The notes beneath the pieces were generated by a model, which saw only the letters and a program-made list of their open reading frames with translations, did not search any database and was not told where the DNA came from. A stretch of DNA of 64,000 nt from an uncultured bacterium (GTDB taxonomy: Bacteria > Oederibacteriota > Muellerivitia > Muellerivitales > Muellerivitaceae): NCBI GenBank assembly GCA_964392085.1, contig CAYMOV010000005.1, positions 5,343 to 69,342 of the forward strand. Reading direction: 5' to 3'. Of the stretch, positions 35,060 through 44,280 are shown one piece after another (the first letter of the stretch is position 1; every line of letters begins with the position of its first letter). Made by a program: the position numbers and the translations under genes.

Positions 35060-37399
35060 TCACGGGCACTTCTCCGCGTAGAAGGAGAAGTTCCAGTCCT
35101 GCGCGCCAGCCGGGCTGAACGTTGCCGGGAACGCCTGGTAGCTGTACCACTCGAACTGCCCCACCCCCGTCGGGGTGTTGGCCACCTGCATGTCGATCCC
35201 CGCGGCGGTGTTGTTGGACATGAAGGCGATCCAGTAGGTCCCGGTCGCGAGGGTCCCCGTGTTGGGGATGTCCACGGTGTTCCAACCGGTCACCGGGACC
35301 TGGTCGCCGGATTGGGACAACAACGCGGAGGGGCTCCCCGAGGCGTCGGTATAAAGGGCCATCCGGATCAATCCCGTGGGAGTGTTGGGGAGGTACACGT
35401 GGAGCTTGGTCACCACGCTGGACGTGCCCAGGGTGAACTTCGTGGCCAGTATGTTCCCCCCCGAGTAGTTGCTGGCGCTCCCCACGGGCGAGGTGTTGCC
35501 GAAGGTCGTGGGCGTGCACCCCGGGATCGGCGTCTCCGTCCGGGTAGGCGAGGGGGTGGAGGTGAAGGTCGGGGTGAAGGTCCAGGTGACCGTCGGGACC
35601 GGTGTGGGCGTCGCGGGCCCCACGCAGTAGTCCGCGTAAAAGGCGAAGGCCCAGTCGGTACCGCCGTAGCTGGAGAAGGGACTCGGGAAAGACCCCGTGA
35701 AGGACATGCCCTGGTACTGGCCGTCCCCGGTGGTCCCGTAATCCAGGGACATATCGATGCTGTTATCCGCCACCAGGGCGATCCAGTAGGTGCCCGGGTC
35801 CAGGGGCGAAGTGGTGGGGACCACCACGTTGTTCCACCCCACGACGGAGGTTTGGGGGTTCGAGGCGGCGATCAGGGTCCCCGGTTGGGAGGCGCCGTTG
35901 GAGTAGAGCGCCATGCGGATGTTCGCCCCGGCATTGGAGGGGATGTAGGCGTGGAGTTTGTTGACCTGTCCTGAGGTGGTCAGGGTGAAATGGGTGGCGA
36001 GGGCGTTACCCGGCGAGAAGCCGCTTCCCACGCTCCCCCCCTGGAAATTCTTTCCGAATGAGAAAAGGGTGCAGGCCGGGAGCGGCGTGAAAGTAAACGT
36101 CGCGGTGGGGGTGGAGGTAAAGGTCGGCGTCGGCGTCCAGGTGGCGGTCCGGACCGGCGTGGGCGTCCCGGCCCCCACGCAGTAGTCCGCGTAGAAGCTG
36201 AAGCTCCAGTCGGTGGCGCCCGAGCCGGTGAAGGGGCTTGGGAAGGAGCCGAACGAGGCGGACTGGTACTGCCCGTCCCCCGTCGTTTGGTTGTCCAGGG
36301 ACAGGTCGATCGGGTGGTCCGCCTCGAGCGCGATCCAATAGGTGCCGGGAGCGAGGGCAACGGTGTTGGGGATGTCCACGTTGTTCCACCCGTTCACGGC
36401 CGACTGGCTGGACGAGGCCGCCAGCACCGTCCCGGGTTGGGACGCCACGTCGTTGTAGATCGCCATCTCGAGGTTCGTCCCGGGGGTCGGGGCCGAGTGG
36501 ATATAGGCGTGCAAAACCGTCGCCTGGCCGACGGCGGTCAGGGTGAAACGCGAGGCGAAGATGTTCGGGTTGTTGTAGACGCCATTGGCGGCCCCGATCC
36601 AGTTCTTGCCGAAGGAGAAGGTGGAGCAACCGGGGAGCGGGGTCTGGGTGAAGGTGTGGGTGAAGGTCGGCGTGAAGGTCGGGGTGGGGGTCCAGGTGTC
36701 GGTGGGCACCGGGGTATCGGTGGCGGCCCCCACGCAATAGTCGGCGTAGGCCGAGAAGGCCCAGGTGTTTGCGGTGCCGCCCGAGAACGTCGGGGGGAAA
36801 GGGCCAAAGGCCATGCCGGAATACTGTCCGTCGCCCGTGGAACCGGTGTCGAAGGCCAGGCCGAGGTCGATATCGAAAGCCACGGCGATCCAGTAGGTCC
36901 CGGCGGGCAACGCCCCGGTATCCGGCACGTCCAGGGTGTTCCAGCCGACGGTGGTCACCCTCACGCTGGACTGGGTCAGCAGGTTGCCCGGTGCGGAACC
37001 GTTGTTGTCGTAGAGGGCCATCCGGACGCTGGAGCCCGAGGTGGTGGCGTAAACGTGGAGTTTGGTGACCTGGCCGGAGGTGGAAAGGGTGTAGCGCGAG
37101 GCGAAAAGGTTGCCCGACGAGAAGACCGAGCTGGAGGCACCCAGGAAGTTCTTGCCGAAGGTGAAGGGCGAGGCGCAAAGGGGCGTCTCGGTGATGGTTG
37201 GGGTGGCCGTGGGGGAACCAGGCGTCGGTGTCCGGGTGTTGGTGCTGGTCATGGTGGGCGTGCCCGTCAAGGGGTTGACGGTGAGGGTGTTCGTCGGGGG
37301 TTCCTGCCCGGGGGCGGTGGGCGAGGATTTTTTCTTGCAGCCCACGTAGGCCAAGGCCACAAGGGTCAACAGGATGGCCGTCAGGCGGAAGCGTTTCAT
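35060..37399 (-). CDS. lipoprotein with four tandem ~190-aa repeat domains separated by TPTPTFT linkers
   Basis: The ATG at 37399 gives MKRFRLTAILLTLVALAYVGC (lipobox). Each repeat follows the pattern CxxFxFGKNxxGxxxxxxxxNxxAxxFTLTTSGQVxKLHAYxxS...MALYxxxxSxPGxLxAxS...VxGWNxVxxPxTxxLxxGTYWIA...TGDGQYxxxSF...W-FxFYADYC. The ORF track's extra N-terminus (to 37495) is probably untranslated. Confidence 0.8.
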   Translation of the reverse strand: MKRFRLTAILLTLVALAYVGCKKKSSPTAPGQEPPTNTLTVNPLTGTPTMTSTNTRTPTPGSPTATPTITETPLCASPFTFGKNFLGASSSVFSSGNLFASRYTLSTSGQVTKLHVYATTSGSSVRMALYDNNGSAPGNLLTQSSVRVTTVGWNTLDVPDTGALPAGTYWIAVAFDIDLGLAFDTGSTGDGQYSGMAFGPFPPTFSGGTANTWAFSAYADYCVGAATDTPVPTDTWTPTPTFTPTFTHTFTQTPLPGCSTFSFGKNWIGAANGVYNNPNIFASRFTLTAVGQATVLHAYIHSAPTPGTNLEMAIYNDVASQPGTVLAASSSQSAVNGWNNVDIPNTVALAPGTYWIALEADHPIDLSLDNQTTGDGQYQSASFGSFPSPFTGSGATDWSFSFYADYCVGAGTPTPVRTATWTPTPTFTSTPTATFTFTPLPACTLFSFGKNFQGGSVGSGFSPGNALATHFTLTTSGQVNKLHAYIPSNAGANIRMALYSNGASQPGTLIAASNPQTSVVGWNNVVVPTTSPLDPGTYWIALVADNSIDMSLDYGTTGDGQYQGMSFTGSFPSPFSSYGGTDWAFAFYADYCVGPATPTPVPTVTWTFTPTFTSTPSPTRTETPIPGCTPTTFGNTSPVGSASNYSGGNILATKFTLGTSSVVTKLHVYLPNTPTGLIRMALYTDASGSPSALLSQSGDQVPVTGWNTVDIPNTGTLATGTYWIAFMSNNTAAGIDMQVANTPTGVGQFEWYSYQAFPATFSPAGAQDWNFSFYAEKCP

Positions 37400-37565
37400 G
37401 GTCGGCTCCGGGAAAGGGGTTATGAAGTTCCCGAAGGTTAGCGGAAGACCACGACAAAAAACCAGGGGGGGACGGTGGAAATCCCACGGATTCACGCCGA
37501 TTTAACCGTGGGATCCCGGCCAGGGGTGGGGGATTCCCGTGGGCGCTCCGGAAGGCTTCCGACCT

Positions 37566-38363
37566 CTAGATCGAGAGTTCGCCGCGGCCCACGGTGAGGG
37601 CCCGGCCCAGGATCTCCACCCGCTCGCCGTGGTGGATCACCTCCAGGTCACCGCCCCGGGGGGAGACCTGCCGAGCGTTCAGGACGGTCTTGCCGAGCTT
37701 GGCGGCCCAATAGGGCGCCAGGCGGCAATGGGCGGAACCCGTCACGGGGTCCTCGGACACGCCCTTGCGGGGCGCGAAGAACCGGGACACGAAATCGCCG
37801 CCCCACGAGGCGCGAGCCGTCACGATCGTCCCCCACTCCTCCAACTGGGACAACACATCGAAGTCGGGCCGGATCGCCCGGACGGCCGTTTCGGTTTCGA
37901 CCTCGATTAATAGGTAGGTGCCATCCGTGGCCGCCAAGGCGTGATCCAATCCCAGGGCACCCAGCGCGGGCCGGGGGGCCTGGATCGGTCGGACCGGGAT
38001 CGAGGGGAAATCCATCCCGATCCGCCCGTCCTCCCGGCGCCGGCAGGTCAGGCGACCGCTTCGGGTATCGAAGGAGGCCGCGGCGGTCGGCTCGAGGGTC
38101 CCGGTCGCCCAAAGGACATGGGCGGAGGCCAGGGTGGCGTGGCCGCAGAGATCGACCTCGGCGGTGGGGGTCATCCAACGCAAGCCGAAGGGTTCCCCGG
38201 CTTTCCGCAGGACGAAGGCCGTCTCAGAAAGGTTGAACTGGGCCGCCACACCTTGCATCCAGGCGACGTCCGGCCAGTTCGGGGATTCCAGGACCATGAC
38301 CGCCGCGGGGTTCCCCCCGAAGGGGTCCGTGGTGAAGGCGTTCACCAGGTGGAAAGGTTTCAT
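37566..38363 (-). CDS. PhzF-family phenazine-biosynthesis-like isomerase
   Basis: The ATG at 38363 with a GGAGGGG RBS gives MKPFHLVNAFTTDPFGGNPAAV, the PhzF N-terminus. The start overlaps the marR stop as ATGA. The tracked 402-aa ORF is a 5-prime run-on. Confidence 0.8.
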   Translation of the reverse strand: MKPFHLVNAFTTDPFGGNPAAVMVLESPNWPDVAWMQGVAAQFNLSETAFVLRKAGEPFGLRWMTPTAEVDLCGHATLASAHVLWATGTLEPTAAASFDTRSGRLTCRRREDGRIGMDFPSIPVRPIQAPRPALGALGLDHALAATDGTYLLIEVETETAVRAIRPDFDVLSQLEEWGTIVTARASWGGDFVSRFFAPRKGVSEDPVTGSAHCRLAPYWAAKLGKTVLNARQVSPRGGDLEVIHHGERVEILGRALTVGRGELSI

Positions 38364-38809
38364 GGTTTCCCCTCCATAAGAATGCCCGCCATCTCCTCCA
38401 TGATCTCCCGCCAGGCCGATTCCTTCGCCGCGCCGGCCTTCCGGAAGACCGCCTCCAGGTGTTCCATCTGGGTGCCGCTCAGGCGCGACTCCAGGTCCCG
38501 GCCCTCGGGGGTGAGTTCCAACCTCTTGACCCGTCCGTCGTAGGGAGCGGCCTGGGCCGAGACCAGCTTCAGGGCCACCAGCCGGCGGAGGGGGGCGTGG
38601 AGGGCCTGCTTGCTGACGGCCAGGGTCTTCAGGAGGGCGGCCACCGACCGTCCGGGGTCCCGGCCCACGAAATAAATGATCCGGTGGTGCACCCGGCCCA
38701 GGCCCTTTTTCTCCAGGATCCGGTCGGGACGGGCCGTGAAGTCCCGGTAGGCGAAAAAAAAGAGTTCCAGGCAACGTCGGAGCGCGGCTTGTCTTTTTGA
38801 GTCAACCAT
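38360..38809 (-). CDS. MarR-family transcriptional regulator
   Basis: 149 aa with a winged-HTH core: LLKTLAVSKQALHAPLRRLVALKLV...DGRVKRLELTPEG. Confidence 0.85.
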   Translation of the reverse strand: MVDSKRQAALRRCLELFFFAYRDFTARPDRILEKKGLGRVHHRIIYFVGRDPGRSVAALLKTLAVSKQALHAPLRRLVALKLVSAQAAPYDGRVKRLELTPEGRDLESRLSGTQMEHLEAVFRKAGAAKESAWREIMEEMAGILMEGKP

Positions 38810-38846
38810 ATTGACATAATAATACCCCGGCGGTACCTTGGCAACA

Positions 38847-38863
38847 GGTCAATGTCATTGACC
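38847..38863. promoter_or_regulatory. candidate MarR operator palindrome GGTCAATG-T-CATTGACC
   Basis: A perfect 8-bp dyad 38-54 nt upstream of the marR start, next to ttgacataataatac. Confidence 0.5.
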
Positions 38864-38921
38864 AATAAGGATTCACCGGGTTTGTTTTACCACGGAGGCC
38901 AAGTCCCGCGCCCGATCAAGC

Positions 38922-38945
38922 GTTCAATGAACGCGGGACAGTCCC
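38922..38945. repeat. 22-nt motif GTTCAATGAACGCGGGACAGTCCC (copy 2 of 2), embedded in the 8-bp dyad GTCCCGCG...CGCGGGAC
   Basis: It is near-identical to the motif at 23805-23826 and lies in the divergent marR / aminotransferase intergenic region. Confidence 0.4.
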
Positions 38946-39081
38946 GTCCTCCATCATGGAAACTCGGACGGGACGGGGACGGCGGGGGAAGGCATTGAGG
39001 TCTCAGCGCATACGCTTTTAGATCGTTCCCCGTGAACTCCGGCTTACCCCCGGTTCAAACTTTTAAGGTTGGTGCCGTACG

Positions 39082-40230
39082 ATGGCCACCCCAGTCCGTT
39101 TTTCGAAGAGGATCCGGGATTTAAGGGGCTCCCCGATCCGGGAGATCCTCCAGGCGGCCTCACGCCCCGGCATGGTCTCCTTCGCGGGAGGCCTCCCGAC
39201 GCCTGAGTCCTTCCCCCCGCTCGGGACCAGGGGAGTCCCCCGGCGCTTCCTCCAATACGGCCCCTCCGAGGGCGAGCCCGAGTTGCGCCGTTTCATCGCC
39301 CGGGACCTGCGGCGCCGGGGCCTCGATTGCGGGCCCGGCCAAGTGCTGGTCCTCTCCGGCTCCCAGCAGGGCATCGACCTGGCGGCCAAGCTTTTCATCG
39401 ACCCGGGGAGCGTCGTGGCCGTGGAGTCCCCCACTTACCTGGCCGCACTGCAAGTCTTCCGCTTTTTCGGAGCGGCCTTCCAGAACGCGGACATGGACCG
39501 GGGCGGGCTGGGGCCCCGGAAGCCGGTCCTCTCCTATATAAACCCCACTTTCCAAAACCCAACCGGGCGTTGCCTGCCCCTGGAGGAGCGAAGGGCCTTG
39601 GCCCTGGAATGCGACCGTCGGGGAGTCCCCCTCTTTGAGGATGATCCCTACCGGGACCTGGCCTTCGGTCCCTGTGACCGGACGCCGGTGGCCTCGCTCC
39701 TCCGGAAGGCCGATTGGATCTACCAGGGCTCCTATTCCAAGACCCTGGCCCCCGGGCTCCGGATCGGGTACCTGGCGGCCTCCCCGAACCTCGTGCGTCC
39801 ACTCACCCGCTTGAAACAGGCGGCGGATCTCCACACGAACCGGATCAGCCAATGGATCGTCCTCCAACGCCTTCGGGACGGGGGATGGGAAAAACGCGCG
39901 GGGAAACTGGCGGGGATCTACCGGGGGAGGAGGGACGCGTTCGCGGACTCCCTCGACAGGCACTTCAGGGGTATGGCGGACTGGTCGGTGCCGGAGGGCG
40001 GCTTGTTTTTCTGGTTGCGGCTGAAAAAGCGGTTGGACACGCGGCGGTTGTTCCCGTTGGCGCTGGAAAAGGGGGTGACCTTCATGCCGGGTGAGCATTT
40101 CTTCGCGGAACGCCGTCCCCCGGCGGGATATCTCCGGCTGAACTTCAGCCACGCTTCACCCGCGGAATCCGAACGGGGCCTTTCCCGGTTGGCCGGCTTG
40201 GTGGGGAGCTTCAACCCTTCAGGGCCTTGA
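39082..40230 (+). CDS. PLP-dependent aminotransferase (class I/II fold; MocR C-terminal-domain-like)
   Basis: 382 aa. SYSKTLAPGLRIGY (Schiff-base Lys) and NPTGRCLPLEER are present, with the overall aminotransferase fold order. Confidence 0.8.
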   Translation: MATPVRFSKRIRDLRGSPIREILQAASRPGMVSFAGGLPTPESFPPLGTRGVPRRFLQYGPSEGEPELRRFIARDLRRRGLDCGPGQVLVLSGSQQGIDLAAKLFIDPGSVVAVESPTYLAALQVFRFFGAAFQNADMDRGGLGPRKPVLSYINPTFQNPTGRCLPLEERRALALECDRRGVPLFEDDPYRDLAFGPCDRTPVASLLRKADWIYQGSYSKTLAPGLRIGYLAASPNLVRPLTRLKQAADLHTNRISQWIVLQRLRDGGWEKRAGKLAGIYRGRRDAFADSLDRHFRGMADWSVPEGGLFFWLRLKKRLDTRRLFPLALEKGVTFMPGEHFFAERRPPAGYLRLNFSHASPAESERGLSRLAGLVGSFNPSGP

Positions 40231-40429
40231 ACTTCAGGTCTGAAAGCCGGACCAGCATCCTCAAGGGCATGGAACCGTTTTGGTAGGTGATGGAAGCCCG
40301 CTTCCAGCGGTCCACGGCGTGGACCACGATGGGGCTGCTTTCGAGGAACCCGGTTCGGCCGATATAACGCTCGTTCAGTTCATAGTGTTCGGTGGGGGTC
40401 AGTGGATGGGGGATATCGGGTTTCGCCAT
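40211..40429 (-). CDS. hypothetical small protein
   Basis: 72-aa ORF with an ATG start and no recognisable motif. It overlaps the aminotransferase 3-prime end by 20 nt. Confidence 0.3.
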   Translation of the reverse strand: MAKPDIPHPLTPTEHYELNERYIGRTGFLESSPIVVHAVDRWKRASITYQNGSMPLRMLVRLSDLKFKALKG

Positions 40430-40586
40430 GAGGGGACCCCACGCAAGCCATGGACCAGTCCACCTAATTTACCGCGGGGACCGTCAAAGTTGGTGCGCAA
40501 GATGAATTTTGAAAGAAAGCCCTTTTTCGCGACCTAAGTTGAAGTCAGGGCCCGGCAGGACCGGCGGATCAACGGGCAAACCCAGT

Positions 40587-40928
40587 TCAGCAGAGCTCGG
40601 GAATCTTCCGCTTGGTCCGGAGCAGGTCCTGGAAGAGCCGCTCAAAGCGCTCGGCGGCCTGGCGGTTTGGGACCTTGCAGGTGAAATGGTAGCTGAGTTC
40701 GGTGACCAATTGGAGGTTCGCGGGATCCAACTCATGGGCCTTGAGGAGGCACCGCTCCAACTCGGGAAGCATCGCGGGGCTGTCCATGTACTTGATCACC
40801 GCGATTTTATGGCGGATAAGGTGGTAATCGGCGCCGTTCTTCTCGATCAGGCTCTCGAGGATCTCCAAGGCATCCATGTAATCACCGGCCTGGATCAGTT
40901 CATGAACGACTTGGGTGGCGGTGGACAA
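40587..40928 (-). CDS. hypothetical helical protein
   Basis: 113 aa with an all-helical composition (TPR-like?). Confidence 0.45.
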   Translation of the reverse strand: MSTATQVVHELIQAGDYMDALEILESLIEKNGADYHLIRHKIAVIKYMDSPAMLPELERCLLKAHELDPANLQLVTELSYHFTCKVPNRQAAERFERLFQDLLRTKRKIPELC

Positions 40929-41164
40929 GCGGCCCCTCCGGATATCGATTGAAGTCCGAAAAAGGATAGGTCCCGATCCGTTTCCCCCTCATGACGAGCG
41001 TCATAGTCCGGCCAGATGGGGTTCCGGGACCCATGTCGAGGCGGCGCCAGCAAGACACGACACCACTTTTGACCTTGTCCCGATGGCAAAGGAAAGCGGG
41101 ACGTCCCCCGACCGCTCGCGGCAGGGGGGAGAAGCCCCTTCAGTTCGACTTTCGCATCCACCCG

Positions 41165-42256
41165 CTAATTCCAGACGACTTGCAGGACCGCGGTCCCCTG
41201 GATGGACACGCGGATCTCGATCCCCTCCTCGTCCGCGAAGGCGTCGATCACCTTGAACGATTTCGCCTGGGTCTTGAGCCGGGCGAAGCGGCCGATCGGC
41301 TTGTTCAGGGCCAGGTCGATTCTCCCCTTCATCCAGTCCAGCTTCAGGCCGATGGGCACCTTCGCGAGCCGCCGCAGCATGGTCCGGAAGTGGTTCTTGT
41401 AGAGCAGATCCATCAGCTTGACCAGCAAGTTCCCGGACTCGACGTCGAAGTCCAGGTCCGGGAAGTCGAACACCCGCTGTTTCGGGAGGAACCGGGGCTT
41501 GCCCCAAAGATGGACCGTCATCTCGGACGGATGGCCTGTCAGGTTCAGGATCGGCGGGTCGTATAGAAGCTTGGCGTCGAGTTCCACCTTCCCTCCCTCC
41601 CCATGGAAGGCCAGCCCCACCAGGGTCAGCTTCCGTTCACCCTTGGCCGAAAGCACGCGGCCGAGGATCTTCTGTTCGGGCTTCCGGAAATAATCATTGG
41701 CCTCCGCGTAACTGAAACGCGCGTTGCTCATGGCCCGGAAGATCGCGGGGCCCGCCTGGAATTTTTGGAGCGGCGGCATGGGGATCGGGACGACTTCGGG
41801 CTTGGGGCCGAAGACGATCTCCGGTCGGGCGGTCATCTCCAGCACGAAGCGCGTGGAGTCGGCCCGTTTCAGGTCGCTCCGGGCCCGGCCGATCCCCAGG
41901 GTCACGGGGCGGAGCACCAGCCAGAAATCATCGTCCAGGAAGATCGGTTCCTGCATCCTCGCCCACAGCTGGGTCAAGTGGGGTTCCGTACCCGCCTCCG
42001 GGACGGCGCTGAGGTCGGGGACGAACAGGTTGAGTCCCCCTTGGTAAAGCCGCGCGAGGTGCTTGAGGACTTCGACGCCCCCCGGGAAAACCAGGTGGAC
42101 CGGCAGGCGGACGATCGCCGGCCCGACCGGTGGGAAACTCCGGACACACTTCGCCACCGGACGCGACCTCACCTGCACTGTGCGGCATCCCGTCGTCAAC
42201 ACCAGAACCGACAGCCCGAGGGCGACCCAGACTACCAGGCGGTTCGGGGAGGTCAC
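41165..42256 (-). CDS. hypothetical lipoprotein
   Basis: MTSPNRLVVWVALGLSVLVLTTGC (lipobox). 363 aa. Its start overlaps the upstream AI-2E gene's stop by 4 nt. Confidence 0.6.
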   Translation of the reverse strand: MTSPNRLVVWVALGLSVLVLTTGCRTVQVRSRPVAKCVRSFPPVGPAIVRLPVHLVFPGGVEVLKHLARLYQGGLNLFVPDLSAVPEAGTEPHLTQLWARMQEPIFLDDDFWLVLRPVTLGIGRARSDLKRADSTRFVLEMTARPEIVFGPKPEVVPIPMPPLQKFQAGPAIFRAMSNARFSYAEANDYFRKPEQKILGRVLSAKGERKLTLVGLAFHGEGGKVELDAKLLYDPPILNLTGHPSEMTVHLWGKPRFLPKQRVFDFPDLDFDVESGNLLVKLMDLLYKNHFRTMLRRLAKVPIGLKLDWMKGRIDLALNKPIGRFARLKTQAKSFKVIDAFADEEGIEIRVSIQGTAVLQVVWN

Positions 42257-43527
42257 GGGGCGGCCTTTTTCGAGGTTTCCAGGTCGACCTTTTTGAGCGC
42301 TTCCAGGTCGTCCTTTTTCGAGGCTTCGAGGTCGTCCTTCGCCCGGTCCCCGGAGATCTCCACCGCGATGGCGGCCGACAGCTCCGCCGACACGCCCTCC
42401 GTCCGGCGCTCGTACTCCTCCTCCGCCCGGTCGTCACCCTCCCGCAACACCTCATCCGCCACCAGTTCCTGCTCGCCGGGCAACTGCACCCGCAGTTCCT
42501 CGATGAGCATCATGGCGACCGCCGCGAAGGGGATCGCCAGCAGGATCCCGGTCACGCCCATCAGGGTCCCCCCCGCCAAGAGGGAGAACAGGACCACCGT
42601 GGAAGGAAGGCGCATCACCTTTCCGTAAACCCAGGGCACCAGGACCCGGCTTTCAAACTCCATGTAGAAGAGCATCAGGGCCAGGACGACGATGGTGACC
42701 ACCGGGCCCTGGGGAACGGCGGAGAGGACCGCGATGACCATCGGGAGGAAGATGCCGATATAAGGGAGGATGTCCGCCACGGCCCCGAAAAGCGCGAGCG
42801 CCATGGCGTTCTCGATGCCGCAGGAGACCATCAGGACCAGGACGAACGCCCCGAGGGCCACGCTGGTGATGACCTGTCCGCGGATATAGGCGCCCACGAT
42901 GGTTTCCAGGTTCATCAGGACCCTCGAGAGCCGGATGTGGTGGGTCCGGGGGACGAGCGCGAAAAGCCCGCCCCGGAGCCGATCCCGGTCCAACATGATG
43001 TAGAGCGCCAGGAAAAGCGCGCTGACCGCGTAGGCCACGAACTCCAGCGCATGCATGGAATAGGCGAATGCCGTTGCGCCGGCCGAATTGACGGAGCCGC
43101 CGTACTGGAAATTGCGGAGCCACATCCCCAAGGCGTTGCTCAGGGGGTAGACGGCGAGTCGGTCGGCGAGTTGGGCCCTGAGGATCGGTTCCTGGGCCAT
43201 GATGGACGAGGACTGGGCCAGGAGCGCCGGGATCGTCAGCACGGCGCTCACCACGGTGACGAGGATCAGCGTGATGAAGACGATCGCGATGGATTGGGTC
43301 CGGCCGATCCCCTTGCGTTCCATCCAATGGACGAGGGGGTTCAGGGTCCCCACCAGGAAAAAGGCCGCGATCAGCACGAGCAAGATCGGCAGGAGCTTGA
43401 ATAAAAGCCAGAGGACGGCCATCACGCCGACCAGGGTCCACATCGTGGCGGCCGCCAATTCAAACCGGAGAGTGTGGACGCCGGGCCGGATCGGGTTGCC
43501 CGCCTCGGGTTTGGGGTAGACGCTCAT
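42253..43527 (-). CDS. AI-2E family transporter (second paralog) with acidic coiled C-terminal tail
   Basis: 424 aa with about 8 TM helices. The tail reads DDLEASKKDDLEALKKVDLETSKK. Confidence 0.85.
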   Translation of the reverse strand: MSVYPKPEAGNPIRPGVHTLRFELAAATMWTLVGVMAVLWLLFKLLPILLVLIAAFFLVGTLNPLVHWMERKGIGRTQSIAIVFITLILVTVVSAVLTIPALLAQSSSIMAQEPILRAQLADRLAVYPLSNALGMWLRNFQYGGSVNSAGATAFAYSMHALEFVAYAVSALFLALYIMLDRDRLRGGLFALVPRTHHIRLSRVLMNLETIVGAYIRGQVITSVALGAFVLVLMVSCGIENAMALALFGAVADILPYIGIFLPMVIAVLSAVPQGPVVTIVVLALMLFYMEFESRVLVPWVYGKVMRLPSTVVLFSLLAGGTLMGVTGILLAIPFAAVAMMLIEELRVQLPGEQELVADEVLREGDDRAEEEYERRTEGVSAELSAAIAVEISGDRAKDDLEASKKDDLEALKKVDLETSKKAAP

Positions 43528-43595
43528 GGGGAAGACCCGCCAATCGTGTGTTTTTCCTGAAAATCGCGTTCCGGCCGGGCTTTTCCGGCGGGGGG

Positions 43596-43631
43596 AAATA
43601 AAAAGAGCGGGCGTCTTCAGGACGCCCGCCC
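43596..43631 (-). terminator. Rho-independent terminator of the 43656..44174 gene
   Basis: On the minus strand: gcgggcgtc-ctgaa-gacgcccgc followed by TCTTTTTATTT. Confidence 0.65.
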
Positions 43632-43655
43632 GACGAAGGCCCGGAGGTTCCAGCC

Positions 43656-44174
43656 TTACTTCGCGACGGCGTCCTGCTTCTTCTCGTCGATCTTCTCGTT
43701 GGTCTTGTCCAGCTCTTTTTGGTCCGCGTTGAGGTTCTTGACGTGGGTGCGGCGGTGCTTGTGGTCGGCCTTCAGCTGGTCGACCTTCACGTCACGCTGA
43801 TCACGGTGTTCCTTCAGGTCCGCCGCGTCCCGGTTGATGGCTTTCTGGTCCTTGTGCAGGTCGGCTTTCTCGTCCGCGACGCCCTCATGGTCGCCTTCCA
43901 TCTTGGCGTCCTTCAACTGGGCCTTGTCCTTCGTCCTCTGTTTCGCGTGGTGGTTGAGGGCCTTTTTGCTGGTCTTCACCCCTTCGTTGTGCTCCTGGAC
44001 CGCGGCCTTGTCCCGGTCGATCTTGGCGTCCGCCTGGACCACGCCCTTCTCGTCCGCGCGGATGTCCTGCTTAAGGTCCTTCTTGTCCGACTGGAGGGAG
44101 GCCTCATCCGCCTTCACGATCCCGGTGGCCGACAACAGCATCAAACCCATCACAACCGCCCATTGCTTCTTCAT
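43656..44174 (-). CDS. secreted Lys/Asp-rich coiled-coil repeat protein
   Basis: Signal peptide MKKQWAVVMGLMLLSATGIVKA, followed by about 150 aa of KDxK/ADxK heptad-like repeats (LEA- or stress-protein-like). Confidence 0.7.
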   Translation of the reverse strand: MKKQWAVVMGLMLLSATGIVKADEASLQSDKKDLKQDIRADEKGVVQADAKIDRDKAAVQEHNEGVKTSKKALNHHAKQRTKDKAQLKDAKMEGDHEGVADEKADLHKDQKAINRDAADLKEHRDQRDVKVDQLKADHKHRRTHVKNLNADQKELDKTNEKIDEKKQDAVAK

Positions 44175-44280
44175 GCTTTTGGATTCCTTTTAAATTTGGT
44201 CGGGGAAGGACCGCCCCGTGGTTTCGCTTCCAACGGCCTCCCGCAGATGCGGGGGCGGATCCGGTGGTCGGGTCCTCCGG

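Noticed and set aside
37566-38774. 402-aa ORF extending PhzF upstream
   Set aside because: The upstream 137 aa are Pro/Gly/Arg-rich and in the wrong frame relative to marR. PhzF starts at MKPFHL (38363) with a strong RBS.
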